Positions 48,501-60,500 of a stretch of 64,000 nt of DNA are shown here, one piece after another. The notes under the pieces were generated by a model that worked only from the letters and a program-made list of their open reading frames with translations, made no database searches and was not told the DNA's origin. The position numbers were made by a program, and so were the translations under genes. Source of the DNA: Heterodontus francisci (Eukaryota); NCBI RefSeq assembly GCF_036365525.1, contig NC_090417.1, positions 1,779,536-1,843,535 on the forward strand, written 5' to 3'. How positions within the stretch are numbered: position 1 is the first letter of the stretch; each line of letters starts with the position of its first letter.

Positions 48501-51500
48501 CTGCTGTCCTTGGCCACAATATAAAAGAAATTGTGTAAGGTTTAAAGAAAAAGGTAGCAGAAGCGACAGACGGCACAGTGGCGCAGTGGTTAGCACTGCA
48601 GCCTCACAGCTCCAGCGACCCGGGTTCAATTCTGGGTACTGCCTGTGCGGAGTTTGCAAGTTCTCCCTGTGACCGCGTGGGTTTTCGCCGGGTGCTCCGG
48701 TTTCCTTCCACAGCCAAAGACTTGCAGGTTGATAGTTAAATTGGCCATTGTAAATTTCCCCTAGTATAGGTAGGTCGTAGGGGAATTGAGGGAAGGTGGG
48801 GATGTGGTAGGAATATGGGATTAATGTAGGATTAGTATAAATGGGTGGTTGATGGTCGGCACAGACTCAGTGGGCCGAAGGGCCTGTTTCAGTGCTGTAT
48901 CTCTAAATAAATAAATAAATAAGCGCTTTGAGAGAGCCAGCACAGGTTCGATGAGCCAAATGGCCTCAATAGTGTGCTATAAATTTCTCCAACACTGTTG
49001 TACAAGGTACTGTTTCGGTCAGTGAAAATAGCAAAAGCAAAATACTGCGGATGCCGGAAACCTGAAATAAAAGCAGAAAATGTTGGAAATGCCCAGCAGG
49101 TCTGGCAGCGTCTGTGGAGAGAGAAACAGAGACGACGTTTCTTCAGACTTATATTAAATGTATTTGATATGAAATAAAAGCAGAAAATGGTGGAAACATG
49201 CAGCAGATCTATCAATGTCTGAAATAGGAAAGGCAGGCTACAAAAGGAAGAATTTGTATTTTCAACCCCATACCAGACATCCCAAAGCTTTTGACGGCCA
49301 ATGAAGTATTTTTGAAGTGTGGTCACTGTTGTAATGTAGGGGTTAAGTGTAAACTGTCCATCAGAACTGTACCCAGTCTCTTTCCAGGAGAAGTCGAGCC
49401 TATGTCTCAGATTTTATATTTCCCTTCCCCTGTTTTTGTCGGCAGATGTTTTGTTTGACTTGTTTTCTGGGCCAGTAATATTGTTGAATCTGCTTAACAG
49501 TGACTCCATTAGCTAACTGCTTACCATGTCAGACACACTGCTTGCTCTGCTGCTCATTCTCAATTTGAGAGGAGCAGAGCTGAGCTCTGATGTGTCGGTT
49601 TTAGACTGTATCAGTGTCGATGTTATATCAATGTTTCATTTCCGTCAGTATTACACGAGAACCTTGATTCTGTGCTCACATTTCTGAATTTTGACCTGTA
49701 CCCATAACCGTCTGCCTCAGGGGCGAGAGTGCCTGCCTAAATGATATTTGCATTTATATATATCCCCTTATCACTTAAAACCAATAAATAGCTCATGGAT
49801 TGCAAAGATGTTTTATGTAAGCAAACCTAACTAATTTTGCCTGCAGCTGCATCTTATAAACAGCCGTTAGGATGAATGGCAAGTTTGTCCTTTATTTGGC
49901 AAGACTTAACTGCTCTGAGTGAGCTTTTAGGCGAGATCGCACCGAGAGTACTGCGTACGGTTTTTGGTCTCCCACTGAAGGAGGGATTACACTTGCATTG
50001 GAAGCAGTTTAGAGAAGGTTCACGAGGCTGATTTGTGGATGAAGGGGTTGTCTTATGAGGAAAGTTGGAGCAGGTTGGGCCGATACTCATTGGGGTTGAG
50101 AAGAATGAGGGGTGATCATATTGAAACATGCAAGATTCTGAGGGGGCTTGACAGGGTAGATGCTGAGAGGATATTTCCCCTCGGTGGGGGGGAAGGTGGG
50201 CAGGGGGTCATCTAAAACTAGGAGGCACAGTCTCAAAATAAGGTGGCTCCCATTTAAGACGGAGATGAGGAATTTCTTCTCTCAGAAAGTCGTTCACCTT
50301 TGGAATTCCCTTCCCCAGAGAGCAGTGGAGGCTGGGTCCTTGAATATATTCAAGGCTGAGTTCGACTGGTTTGTGATCTACAAGGGTTATGGGGGGACAA
50401 GCAGAAAAGTGGAGTTGAGGCCACAATCAGATCAGCCGCGATCGTATTGAATGGCAGAGCAGGTTCGAGGGGCCGAATGGCCGACTCGTGCTCCTGTATC
50501 TTATGATCTTATTTTAGTCGCCTCTCCTAACATCGAATTTGGCTCTGCGTCGATTTTTATTAGGTTGCGTTTCTGTGAAGCAGCTTGGGACATGCTTATA
50601 CATTAATGGTGCCGTATGCTAGTTGTTGGTGTTTGAGGGAGGAATGTTGGTCAGGACATGGAGAACCAGCTGAATAATATTATGGGATCCTTACAGTGCA
50701 CCCATACTGTGGGAGGATGCCAGGGTGTTATTCCTTCATCCACAATCCGACCCCTCTGACATAAAGCCCTCGATTGCTTCAATGCTGCATCTAGTGCAAC
50801 CATAGAGGAACTTAACAAACTCTTAGCTCCTGATATTGCAAACAGTTTAATGAACTGTGCAGTACCTTCTCTTACAGCTGGACGTTGGCTCTGTCTATGA
50901 TCTTCCAGGTATGTGGTGTTACTGTCATTCTGCACAATATAAACGTTTTAGCTTTGTCGGGTGTCAGAGAGGGACCTAGTTGAGGCGAAAAGGGTTAAAT
51001 TATAAGGGCAGGTGTGCATTGACCGGGCCCGTGCTCCCGCGAGTATAGAAGGTTAAAGGGTGATCAATGTTGAGGTGTTTAAGATAATTAAAGCAGTTGA
51101 TAGTTTCTCTCGATCTAGCCTGTTTTTGTCTGGTGGGGGAGCCAAGAAAAAGAGAGAATAACCTTAAAATCAGAGCCAGGCTGTTCAAGGGTGATGTCAG
51201 GAAGCACTTCTTCACACAAAGGGTGGTGGAAATCTGGAATTCTTCCCCCAAATTCTATTGAGGTGGAGGTCAATTCAAAAATGTTACAACTGAGAGAGGG
51301 TGAGAGAGAGAGAGAAAGATTCTTCTTAGGGAAGAGTATGACAACTCTGATTGAACCAAGTTGGGTAAAATGTCGTTTAGATACAGATCCGAGGGGCGCT
51401 TTGATAGAGGCCTTTAAAACTGTGCAAGAATTTGATAGGGTAGATGTGAAGATGCTCCCATTTGTTGGGGGGACCAAAGCTAGGGGCCATAAATATAAGA

Positions 51501-54500
51501 TAGTCCCTAGTAAATCCAATAGGGGGTTCAGGAGAAACGTCTTTAACAAAGAGTTGTTGGAAGTCGCTACCTCATGGAGTAGTTGAGGCAAATAGCATAG
51601 ATGCATTTAAGGGGAAGCTGGGGAATAGAAGGATACGCTAATGGGGCCAGATGAAGTAAGGTGGGTGGAGGCTTGTGTAGAGAATAGGCCTGTTCCTGTG
51701 TTTCAATTCTATGTAATGCTATGGCGGTGTTTGGCGACAGGTCACGCGGTGTTACGGAAATGGCTGCTGCTGTACGAGCCGGATGACATGCACGCCCTGG
51801 CAAAGGGTTACCTGAAAGTCAGCATCATTGTCCTGGCAGCGGGTGACGAGGCACCGGTGAGTGCAACCAAATTTTTCAGCCCACTGTCCCATTTGTTCTC
51901 GGCCTGTTATCAGCTCTATCAGTTGACTTGTGGTGGCTCATTTATCTCACTCCTTCCTCAGTGTCAGGATTGCCAAAGTACCTTACAAGCCACAAATGAC
52001 GTTTGAAGTGCGGTCACTGTTGTCATGTTGGAAACGCAGCCGCCAGTTTGCGCACGGGCAGGGGCTTCGGTTCCACATCTCGTCGAACAAACGGCACCTG
52101 CGATACCGCAGCACTCCCTCAGTACTGTACCACAACATTCGCTTAGATTCTGGGCTCGAGTCCCACATGGGATTTGAACCCGTGATTTTCTGCTGACTCT
52201 GAGGAGAGAGTGCTACCCACTGATCCACGGCTGACACTGAAGAAGTCAGCTCAGGGGCAGACGGATGGACTGCTCCCTGACCCCAACTGGTGTCACAAGG
52301 ATAACCTGACTACGATTTATTCCCCCTCCTCTGCTCGATGCCTCAGCATAGTGGAGGATTGAAATTCTGCCTCCACCCGATGACAATGTGTATGGAGGGC
52401 CAAGCGAAAACCTGCACTCCAATGTGTGGGCCTCTTTCTTCCCTTCTCCAGGTTCCTCTCCTCCTCTCCGTAAAGCATTAACCCCAATAGTAGGGCACTG
52501 TTTCGGGGCACTGGACTGCTTACTAATTTCCCCCTCCCATGTCTCCACTATCCTTACGAGCCGCGATTGGCTATGTGACTGGGAGGGGAACACCAGGCTG
52601 AGTCCAGTCCTCTCCCCTCACCCAACCTCCATCTGTGCACTGGGTGACTAACCCTTTCTCAGGGCAGGACACAGCAGCAAACTGCAACATCCCTTCCATC
52701 AGCAACCTTCGCTCAGTCTCGTGATGGAACATGGAACCTTTCCATTGAGTGGGTCTTCAAGATCAAGACCTCAACTCGCACGCCGCCATTTCAGAATGCC
52801 CCTTTGTCGATTTGGCTTGCTGCACCAAGTGATCAGATGTATAAATACATCCATAATTCTGCATGCTCAGAAGGTTGTCAACCTTGGTGTTGTCGGCAAG
52901 GGTAGAGTTTGTGATGGGGCCAGTGACCATGGGCTGGCATTTGTGACTTCAGTGTGACAACCTGGCTGGAAAGTTTCGAACAGGGAGTTAGTTGCCAGAA
53001 AGATGGGCAGCAACACATTCGGGGGCTTTGCAGGGGAATGGGAAGTTGGATATGAGAGGGTAGTTCACTCTTGTTAGTAGAGGAGCCTCAGCGAGAGGCT
53101 TTAAGAAGACGGCTGGCAGTGGAGTAGAGAAGGTGGGGGGGGGGTGGGGTTATCTTTGCCTTTCCAGGATGATCTGGGAGCGGTGGGTAGTTTTGGGAGA
53201 GGAAGGTGAGGGGCCCAGTCGTGTTTAATGAGGTCCGGCCAGATCTGGTGATGGATGGCGAAACCAGATACACTCCGGTCTGTGCGGCTTGGACTTGAGG
53301 GAGTGACCAGGATGCGAGACGCTAAAGAATTTGCTGGGGACAAGGGCATCACAAACAGAGGTGAGGGAAATAGTTTGAGTAGATGAGTAGCTGCAGAAGT
53401 ATTGTGGTGAATGGAGGGACAAAGGCTGTTGGAACTCAAATAGCCAGGCAGTGAAGGATCTAACTGGAGCCTAGTTTTTATTCACTTATAAGCTTTTATT
53501 TATAAAGACACACATTGATTATCATGTATCTCCAACCAACAACCACAGTTTCAGTCTGCTGCTATACATACATCAGCACAGGTGAATCCACAGTTTATAC
53601 CCAACGTCTGAATCCAGTTAAGACCCAATTGATATACAATTAACAAAGGCTAGGCAGTTGGGAGTTTGAAAGCATTGCTGTAAGTGGCTTTGTGGGAGAT
53701 TTTTCAAGGGGGTGGGTGTAGAAAGAGATGAGTTTGGAAGGGGATAGGGCGTGTGGGGAGGTAGTAGGAGCTGCTCTCATCACTGCCACCATGGGATTGA
53801 GAGCGACTACAGGAGATGGTGAGGTTGAGGGATGTGGTTGTGAATGTGATTGAGGAGAGATGACTTGCAGGAAGAAGACTGCTTTCTTTATCACTGTGTA
53901 CTTGTTAAACTTTATAAAAAAAAAAAGAAACAGCGTGGGAGTATAATTTCTGTTGTAATTGAAATTCTTTTGCTGCACCAGATAGACAAGAGAGGGACGA
54001 ACGAAGAGGATGATGTTGAGAGTAACTTGCTGCAGCCAGCCGGCATTCTGTCCCGATGGGTCACCTTTGAGCTGAAGATCTACAGAGCTGAGGACATCTC
54101 GCACAGTATGTCACAGAGATGCATATAGGGGTTGGTTTCGTCTGAGCGCTGATTTGGAGAGCATAACTACACCCTGGCTGAGTTTTGGCATTCTGCCCTG
54201 TTCCTGGCCCATGTTTAAGGTGTTTCGTTCCCGATGAAAATCTGTGCAGCCACAGCACTGAACCCTGCTCTCTTGTCACTGGGTGCTGCCAGTTCCTTAA
54301 ATTAAGTAATCACTGGGAAGGGTTGTCACCGGGTAGAACACAGTTCAGAGAAGGTTTACTAGACTAGTACCTGGAATGGGTGGGTTGTCTTATGAAGAAA
54401 GGTTGGACAGGCTAGGCTTGTATCCGCTGGAGTTTAGAAGAGTAAGAGGCAACTGGATTGAAACATACAAAATCCTGACAGGATGGATGTGGAAAGGATG

Positions 54501-57500
54501 TTTCCTCTTATGGGAGAATCGGGGTCACTGTTTAAAAATAAGGGGTCACCCATTTAAGTCAGAGAGAAAAAATTTCTCCTCTTCTGAGGGTCATGAGTCT
54601 TAGGTATTCTCTTCCTCAAAAGGCGGTGGAAGCAGAGTTTTTGAATATTTTTAAGGCAGAGGTAGATAAGTTCTTGATAAGGGTGGGGGGGGGGCGGGGG
54701 AGGGGTGGTGAAAGGTTATCGTGGGTAGGCGGGAATGTGGAGTTGAGGTTACAATCAAATCAGCCATGAACTTCCTGAATGGCAGAGCAGGCTCGAGGGG
54801 CCGGGTGGCCCCTTCCTGCTTCTAATTTGTATGTTTGTAACACGATCAAAGTTGAAAAGAGAAGATGAGATGAGTCAGTGGACAGTGGGTCAGTGTGACC
54901 TGAGAAAATCCTGCAGATTATAAAACGAAGGAAGATTAGGTGGGGGGGGGGTTAGAAACTTGATGGCACTGAGATCCCGTGAAAGAGAAGGATAGATGCT
55001 GACTGTCCCACTCATTCCCATTTCCGCAGGCGGTTTTACATCACCCCTGTTTTTATTTCCGTTGGACTCAGCAGTGGAAATGAGAACAGTGAGAAATATG
55101 AGGTAGGCTGCAGGCTCGCTAACAACCGTTTAATGCCATCGCACGTTGTTGCTATCTACCCCGCGAGTCAGACTGTTAAATCACAAATTTGAACTCAGTG
55201 AGGACTCAGAGGAGGGAGCACAGACTGGACAGGAGACTTGGATTGTTGGAAGGCAGCACAGACGATATCGAGTGTCACCAATATAGAGGTGAGGCCAGAA
55301 AGGCTGACGGGCTCAAACATTTATTCTGTTCCTTTTTTTTCCAGTGGCAAAAGGGCTTGTGACGAACTTGAAGCATATGTTTGGGGTGGAGACTGATAAA
55401 AAGGATGGTGTGGACTCCTTTCTTGAAGTTAGCTTTGCCGGCAATAAGGTGAGTCACAGATAGTCCTTTCTTAATATGTTGCCCAGTGGCACAGCGAGTT
55501 GATACAGCCTGTATCTGAGTTACAGAGACAAACAATGACCTGAGTTTGAGCTCCCCGCCTAGTCTGTCATGTCCTGGGATGGAGTGGGGAGAGGATGAGT
55601 GCCCCAGGACGGGGCTGGTGGGGAGAGTCCCGGGACGGAGTGGGGGATAGAGGGCAGATGGAGTTGTAATTATTCAGTCCTGGGATGTGAGCATCGCTGG
55701 CCAGGCCAGCATTTATTACCCATCCCTAATTGCCCTGGAGAGGGTGGTGGTGAGCTGCCTTCTTGAACCGCTGCAGTCCGTGTGGGGTAGGTACACCCAC
55801 AGTGCTGTTAGGGGAGGGAGTTCCAGGATTTTGACCCAGCGACAGTGAAGGAACCGAGATATAGTCCCACGTCTGGTGCGTGACCTTGGAGGGGAGCTTC
55901 TTGTGATTCTGTTTAGACTGCCTCATCCTCACTGTACTGAATTACGAGAATCGTAATACAAATACTCGCACTTGATGAATGATTTTTTTCATCTGTGAAG
56001 GTCGTCACCCAAAAGTCAGGGGAGGTAAAAGCGACTAAACAGATTGGCCAAAAACCTGGTGAAAGGTGGGAATTTAACTCTCTGTCCTCCTTGCAGGTAG
56101 CTACAAAGGTGATTGAGAACCACATAAACCCTGAATGGAACCAAGTGATTTACCTCCAGAGCAGGGTAAGTTTCAAATGATCCCTTTTGATCCGAAACTG
56201 AGAAGCGCAGGATTAAAGCTTCCTGCAGATAATGGAGAGGGAAATGTCATACAGGTCAACTTTTAAGTGCTAATACTGCACGATACTGGGGCTAAAAGGG
56301 TTAAATTGAGGACAGGTTGCATAGACTGGGCTTGTGTTCCCTCGAGGATAGAAGGTGTGATCTTACTGAGGTATTTTAATTGAGGTGCTTTCCCTTACAT
56401 TGGTATTCATGTGGATTGTCCTGATGAGTGCAAGATGAAAAGTTTCGACAAAATGTCTCTGTTTTCAGCGATACTCAAGTTCTGTACTACCAGGTGACTT
56501 TTGGAGGTATTTTAAGATGATTAAAGAGCTTGATCGGGTAGATTGATTCCTGACTGGGACACCATGGGGCTGCAGGGAGGAATCAAGGAAGCTCAGGTCA
56601 GTGTGTTTAGTGTTGAGGGGATAATGCGGCGGAGTTTGGACCAGAGTTTTGAAGTTCTCCAGAGAGGTGGAAGTTGAAAGGTTTTACAGCGAAGTCGTGC
56701 TTGCCAAAAAGGGAATGTCGCAGTATTGGACAGCCAGACAGTGGGCCCAAAGTTAGCAGCAGTCTCTGTAAATGCGGGAAATTTGCAGCGACAGCTATCG
56801 GCAGGCCAGCAACGGAATGATCCTTTGCATTTATTTTTCTCCACAGTTTCCGTCCTTGTGCGAGAGTATCCGCTTTACAGTGTGTGAACGGTAGGTGAAG
56901 GTCACTGCATTTCATTCACTCTGGTGGGGCAGTCTGCTGCACCCTGACTGTTAAACCTGCTTCTTCCTGCTCGCGGGCTCTTGTCCTGTAAGGTTCCGCT
57001 CTACTTTGCTCACGCTGCCATTTCTCCCTTCCCCACGACGCACTGCCTCAGCGATGTTCTCTGAATCTCGTAAACGTCTTTTATCTCTCTCATTCTACCT
57101 CCCAGTGTTCTCATGTTACTCTCACCTCGCCGATCTCCTGCTCTTCCACTCTCCAGATTGCTTTACCTTTCCAGCAAACGGGATGTGCACGCTTGTGCAG
57201 GTTGTGTTTGTGGGTGCAGTTTCCCCACATGTATGCGTCCGTTGTCAAGGGAAGTTTGCTTTTTGTAAATCTCTCGCTTTGCGGAGGCTTTTGTTTCCAT
57301 TTTCTTCCTACCTGTTAGTAAGTTGCTGATTCTCGCTGGCTTATAGTTCCACAGCAGCTGGAGGTGGGGAGGGGGTGTATTTGAGTAGCGATCAAGAACC
57401 ATAACCCTGGCTGATTTTCTATATTGGGACATTTCTTTGTCAAGAAAGAAGAGAGAACTTGTTTTACACGACGTCAGGACACCCCATAGCACTTTACGAA

Positions 57501-60500
57501 CATACGAATTAGGAGTAGGAGTCGGCCATTCGGCCCCTTCAAGCCTGTTCTGCCCTTTAATAAGATAATGGCTATTCTGATTGTGGCCTTGATTCCATTT
57601 TCCTGCCTACCCCCGATAGCCTTTGACTCTCTTGTTAGTCAAGAATTTATCAATGACCCTGCCTCCAGCGCTGTCTGAGGAAGAGAGTTCCAAAGACTCA
57701 CGACCCTCTGAGAGAAAAAATTTCTCCTTATCCCTGTCTTACATGGGTGACCCCTTCTTTTTAAGCTGTGCCCCCTGGTTCTAGTCTCTCCCACAAGAGA
57801 AACACCCTTTCAGCATCCACCCCTCAGAATCATCTTTGTTTCAATAAGATTACCTCTCATTCTTCTAAACTCCAATGGATGCAGACCCAACCTTTCTTGA
57901 TAAGACAACCCCCCCACGTCCCAGGTTTCAGTCGAGTGAACCTTCTCTGAACTGCTTCTAACGCATTTATATCCTTTCTTAAATAAGGAGAGCAAAACTG
58001 TACACAGTACTCCAGATGTGCTCTCCCCAATACCCTACACAACTGCAGCAAAACTTCCCTACTTTTATATTCCATTCCCATTGCAATAAATGACGACATT
58101 CCATTTGCCTTCCTAATCTCTTGCTGTATCTGCATACCAACCTTTTGTGATTCATGTACCAGGACCTTCTGACTTGGGGCTGAGAGTGCCACAGCTGACA
58201 CCTGTAGCACTCCATTCCCCACTGTATAGTGCGTTTAGGCATTGACACATCGGGCGTGGCCGCAGTACGCAGTTAATAAATACTCCACTAAAAGATTCAT
58301 TTAAAGCCAGGACAATTGTAGCGGTTGCGGGATGGGTCGGAGTGTTTGAAAATGCTTAGTACATTCGTTCACCAGAACCACGCAGAACGTTAAGATGTTA
58401 AATGGTTCATATTTTCAGGAAGAGTGCGGTCAAGAGTAACCCTTTAGGAACCACCTACTTGAGCATCTCCAAAATCTCATCCACAGGGTCAGAAGGTAAG
58501 AGTTTTTTTCGTCTGTGTGTTTGGGAGGCCATTCAGCCCCTCGAGCCTGCTCTGCCATTCAATTTAAACATGGCTGATATGCACCTTGATTCCTGTTTTT
58601 CCAACTTTGCTCCATATCCCTTCATAGCCTTACCTCTTAAAAATAAAACGGATCAATCTCAGTCCTGAAAGTTCTGATTGACCCCCAGCATACACAGTCT
58701 TGATGTTACTCACTGATCCTTGCTCAGTGTGAGTCCATAAGGATAAGAACCCGATGTGAAAGTAAGAAAGACTTGCATTTCTATAGCGCCTTTCACAATC
58801 TCAGGGCATCCCAAAGCACGTTACAGCCAAAATGACGTCACTGTTGGAATGTGGGAACCACAGCAGCCAGTTTGCGCACAGCAAGCTCCCACAGCGAAGA
58901 GATGAATGACCAGCTTCGCCTAATTTTAGGAGTTAGTGGAGGGGTAAATATTGGCCAGGGCACCAGGGTGAACTCCCCAACACGTCTGTTGAAATGACGC
59001 CATGGAATCTTTCACTCCCTTCTGAGAGGGTTCAATTGGAATAGCACCTCCAGCAGTGCAGCACTCCCTCATTACCGGACTGGGTATGTGAATCGCTGGA
59101 GTGAGACTAGAACCATGACCCTTTGACTGAGGCAAGGGTGTTTCCCCCCCACGCCCCCCCCACCGAGCCATGGCTGGCGATGCTCAAGTGTGTCCGTGAA
59201 TCTGCAGGTCCAGAAGGATGGGAGCGCTGTATGGAGCACGCATGTATTATTCAGCTGCAAACCTGTGTGTTCCTTTAAGGTATATTTCCTTAATTGGGAA
59301 TATTTCCCAATCCTGAGAGCCTGATAATGGCAAGTTTGTGTTGTGTGTTTAAAAACTGGCTTGACGTAATCCCAACCATCATCCACCAGCCTGAGTTGGG
59401 TGTGAGCCCAAGTACTGGAGTTGGAAAACATATTAGCCTGCCGTACCTGTGGGCTTTTTGCTTGTAATTTACTCCTCAAATTAATAGGGGTCGCAACATT
59501 GCACATCAAATTGTCCAACGCCCACTTTTCCATACCTTTCTTTTCACCCCTTCTACACAACAATTCACATGGTTTTCATGCAGCACTGATTTGATGATGT
59601 CCTGTCCTTACAGCCATAGATCCACAGCTACCTAATGTGACCACACTCCCTAGCTGTTCAAATCTAAAGTCTCTCTCAGCGGCTTATTTTCGGGGACTCC
59701 CTTCAAATGAGTGGACAACAGGAGATTTCCTGCTGGTCCTTTGTCCTGTGACCCGGCTTCGGTTCTGGGTACTGCCTGTGCGGAGTTTGCAAGTTCTCCC
59801 TGTGACCGCGTGGGTTTCCTCCCACAGCCAAAGACTTGCAGGTTGATAGTTAAATTGGCCATTGTAAATTGACCCTAGTGGTGGTAGGTGGTAGGAGAAT
59901 GGTGGGGATGTGGTAGGGAATGTGGGCTTAATGTCGAATTAGTATAAATGGGTGGTTGTTGGTCGGCACAGACGCGGTGGGCCGAAGGGCTTGTTTCAGT
60001 GCTGTATCTCTCTATGACTCCATGACTTCTAATGATAAATCTGTCTCGTAGTCACCGATGTTTCCTTCTGCAGAACTTAACGAATTAAAGTATCCAGTGG
60101 GATGCCTTTTAATTCAGTTTATTGTTGAAACTGACACTGCTTTAAGGTCAGTCTGAATTCAATATTTCAGTGATCACTGCATCTAAGTTGCCTTATACTT
60201 CCTCGTGTTACAGGCAAAAGCTATAAATTTATAAAGAGAAATCAATAGCAGTATAACATTAGTAGACTTCAGGGCAGTCTGATTAACCCTTTCCATATGT
60301 AGAATTTACAGCACAGAAACAGGCCGTTCGGTCCATGCTGGTATTTATGCTCCACACGAGCCTCCTCCCATCCTTTTTCATCTCCCCCTATCCGTACATC
60401 CTTCCATTCCTTTCTCCCTCTAACTTCCCTTTACGTGCATCTGTACTATCCAACCTCAACTGCTGCTCCAGTTGTGAGTGAGTTCCACATTCTCACCACT

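Noticed and set aside
48571-48640. tRNA-like sequence with A and B boxes (also at 7140-7205, 9620-9683 and 42337-42410)
   Set aside because: These are SINE heads that continue into a V-domain and LINE tail, not tRNA genes.
52246-52700. Unclassified sequence loosely resembling 62600-62900
   Set aside because: Similarity is too weak to define by eye; probably an old repeat, with no termini or TSD identified.
55565-55660. Short G-rich repeats GTCC.GGGA.GGAGTGGGG
   Set aside because: Only 2-3 degenerate copies and no functional evidence.
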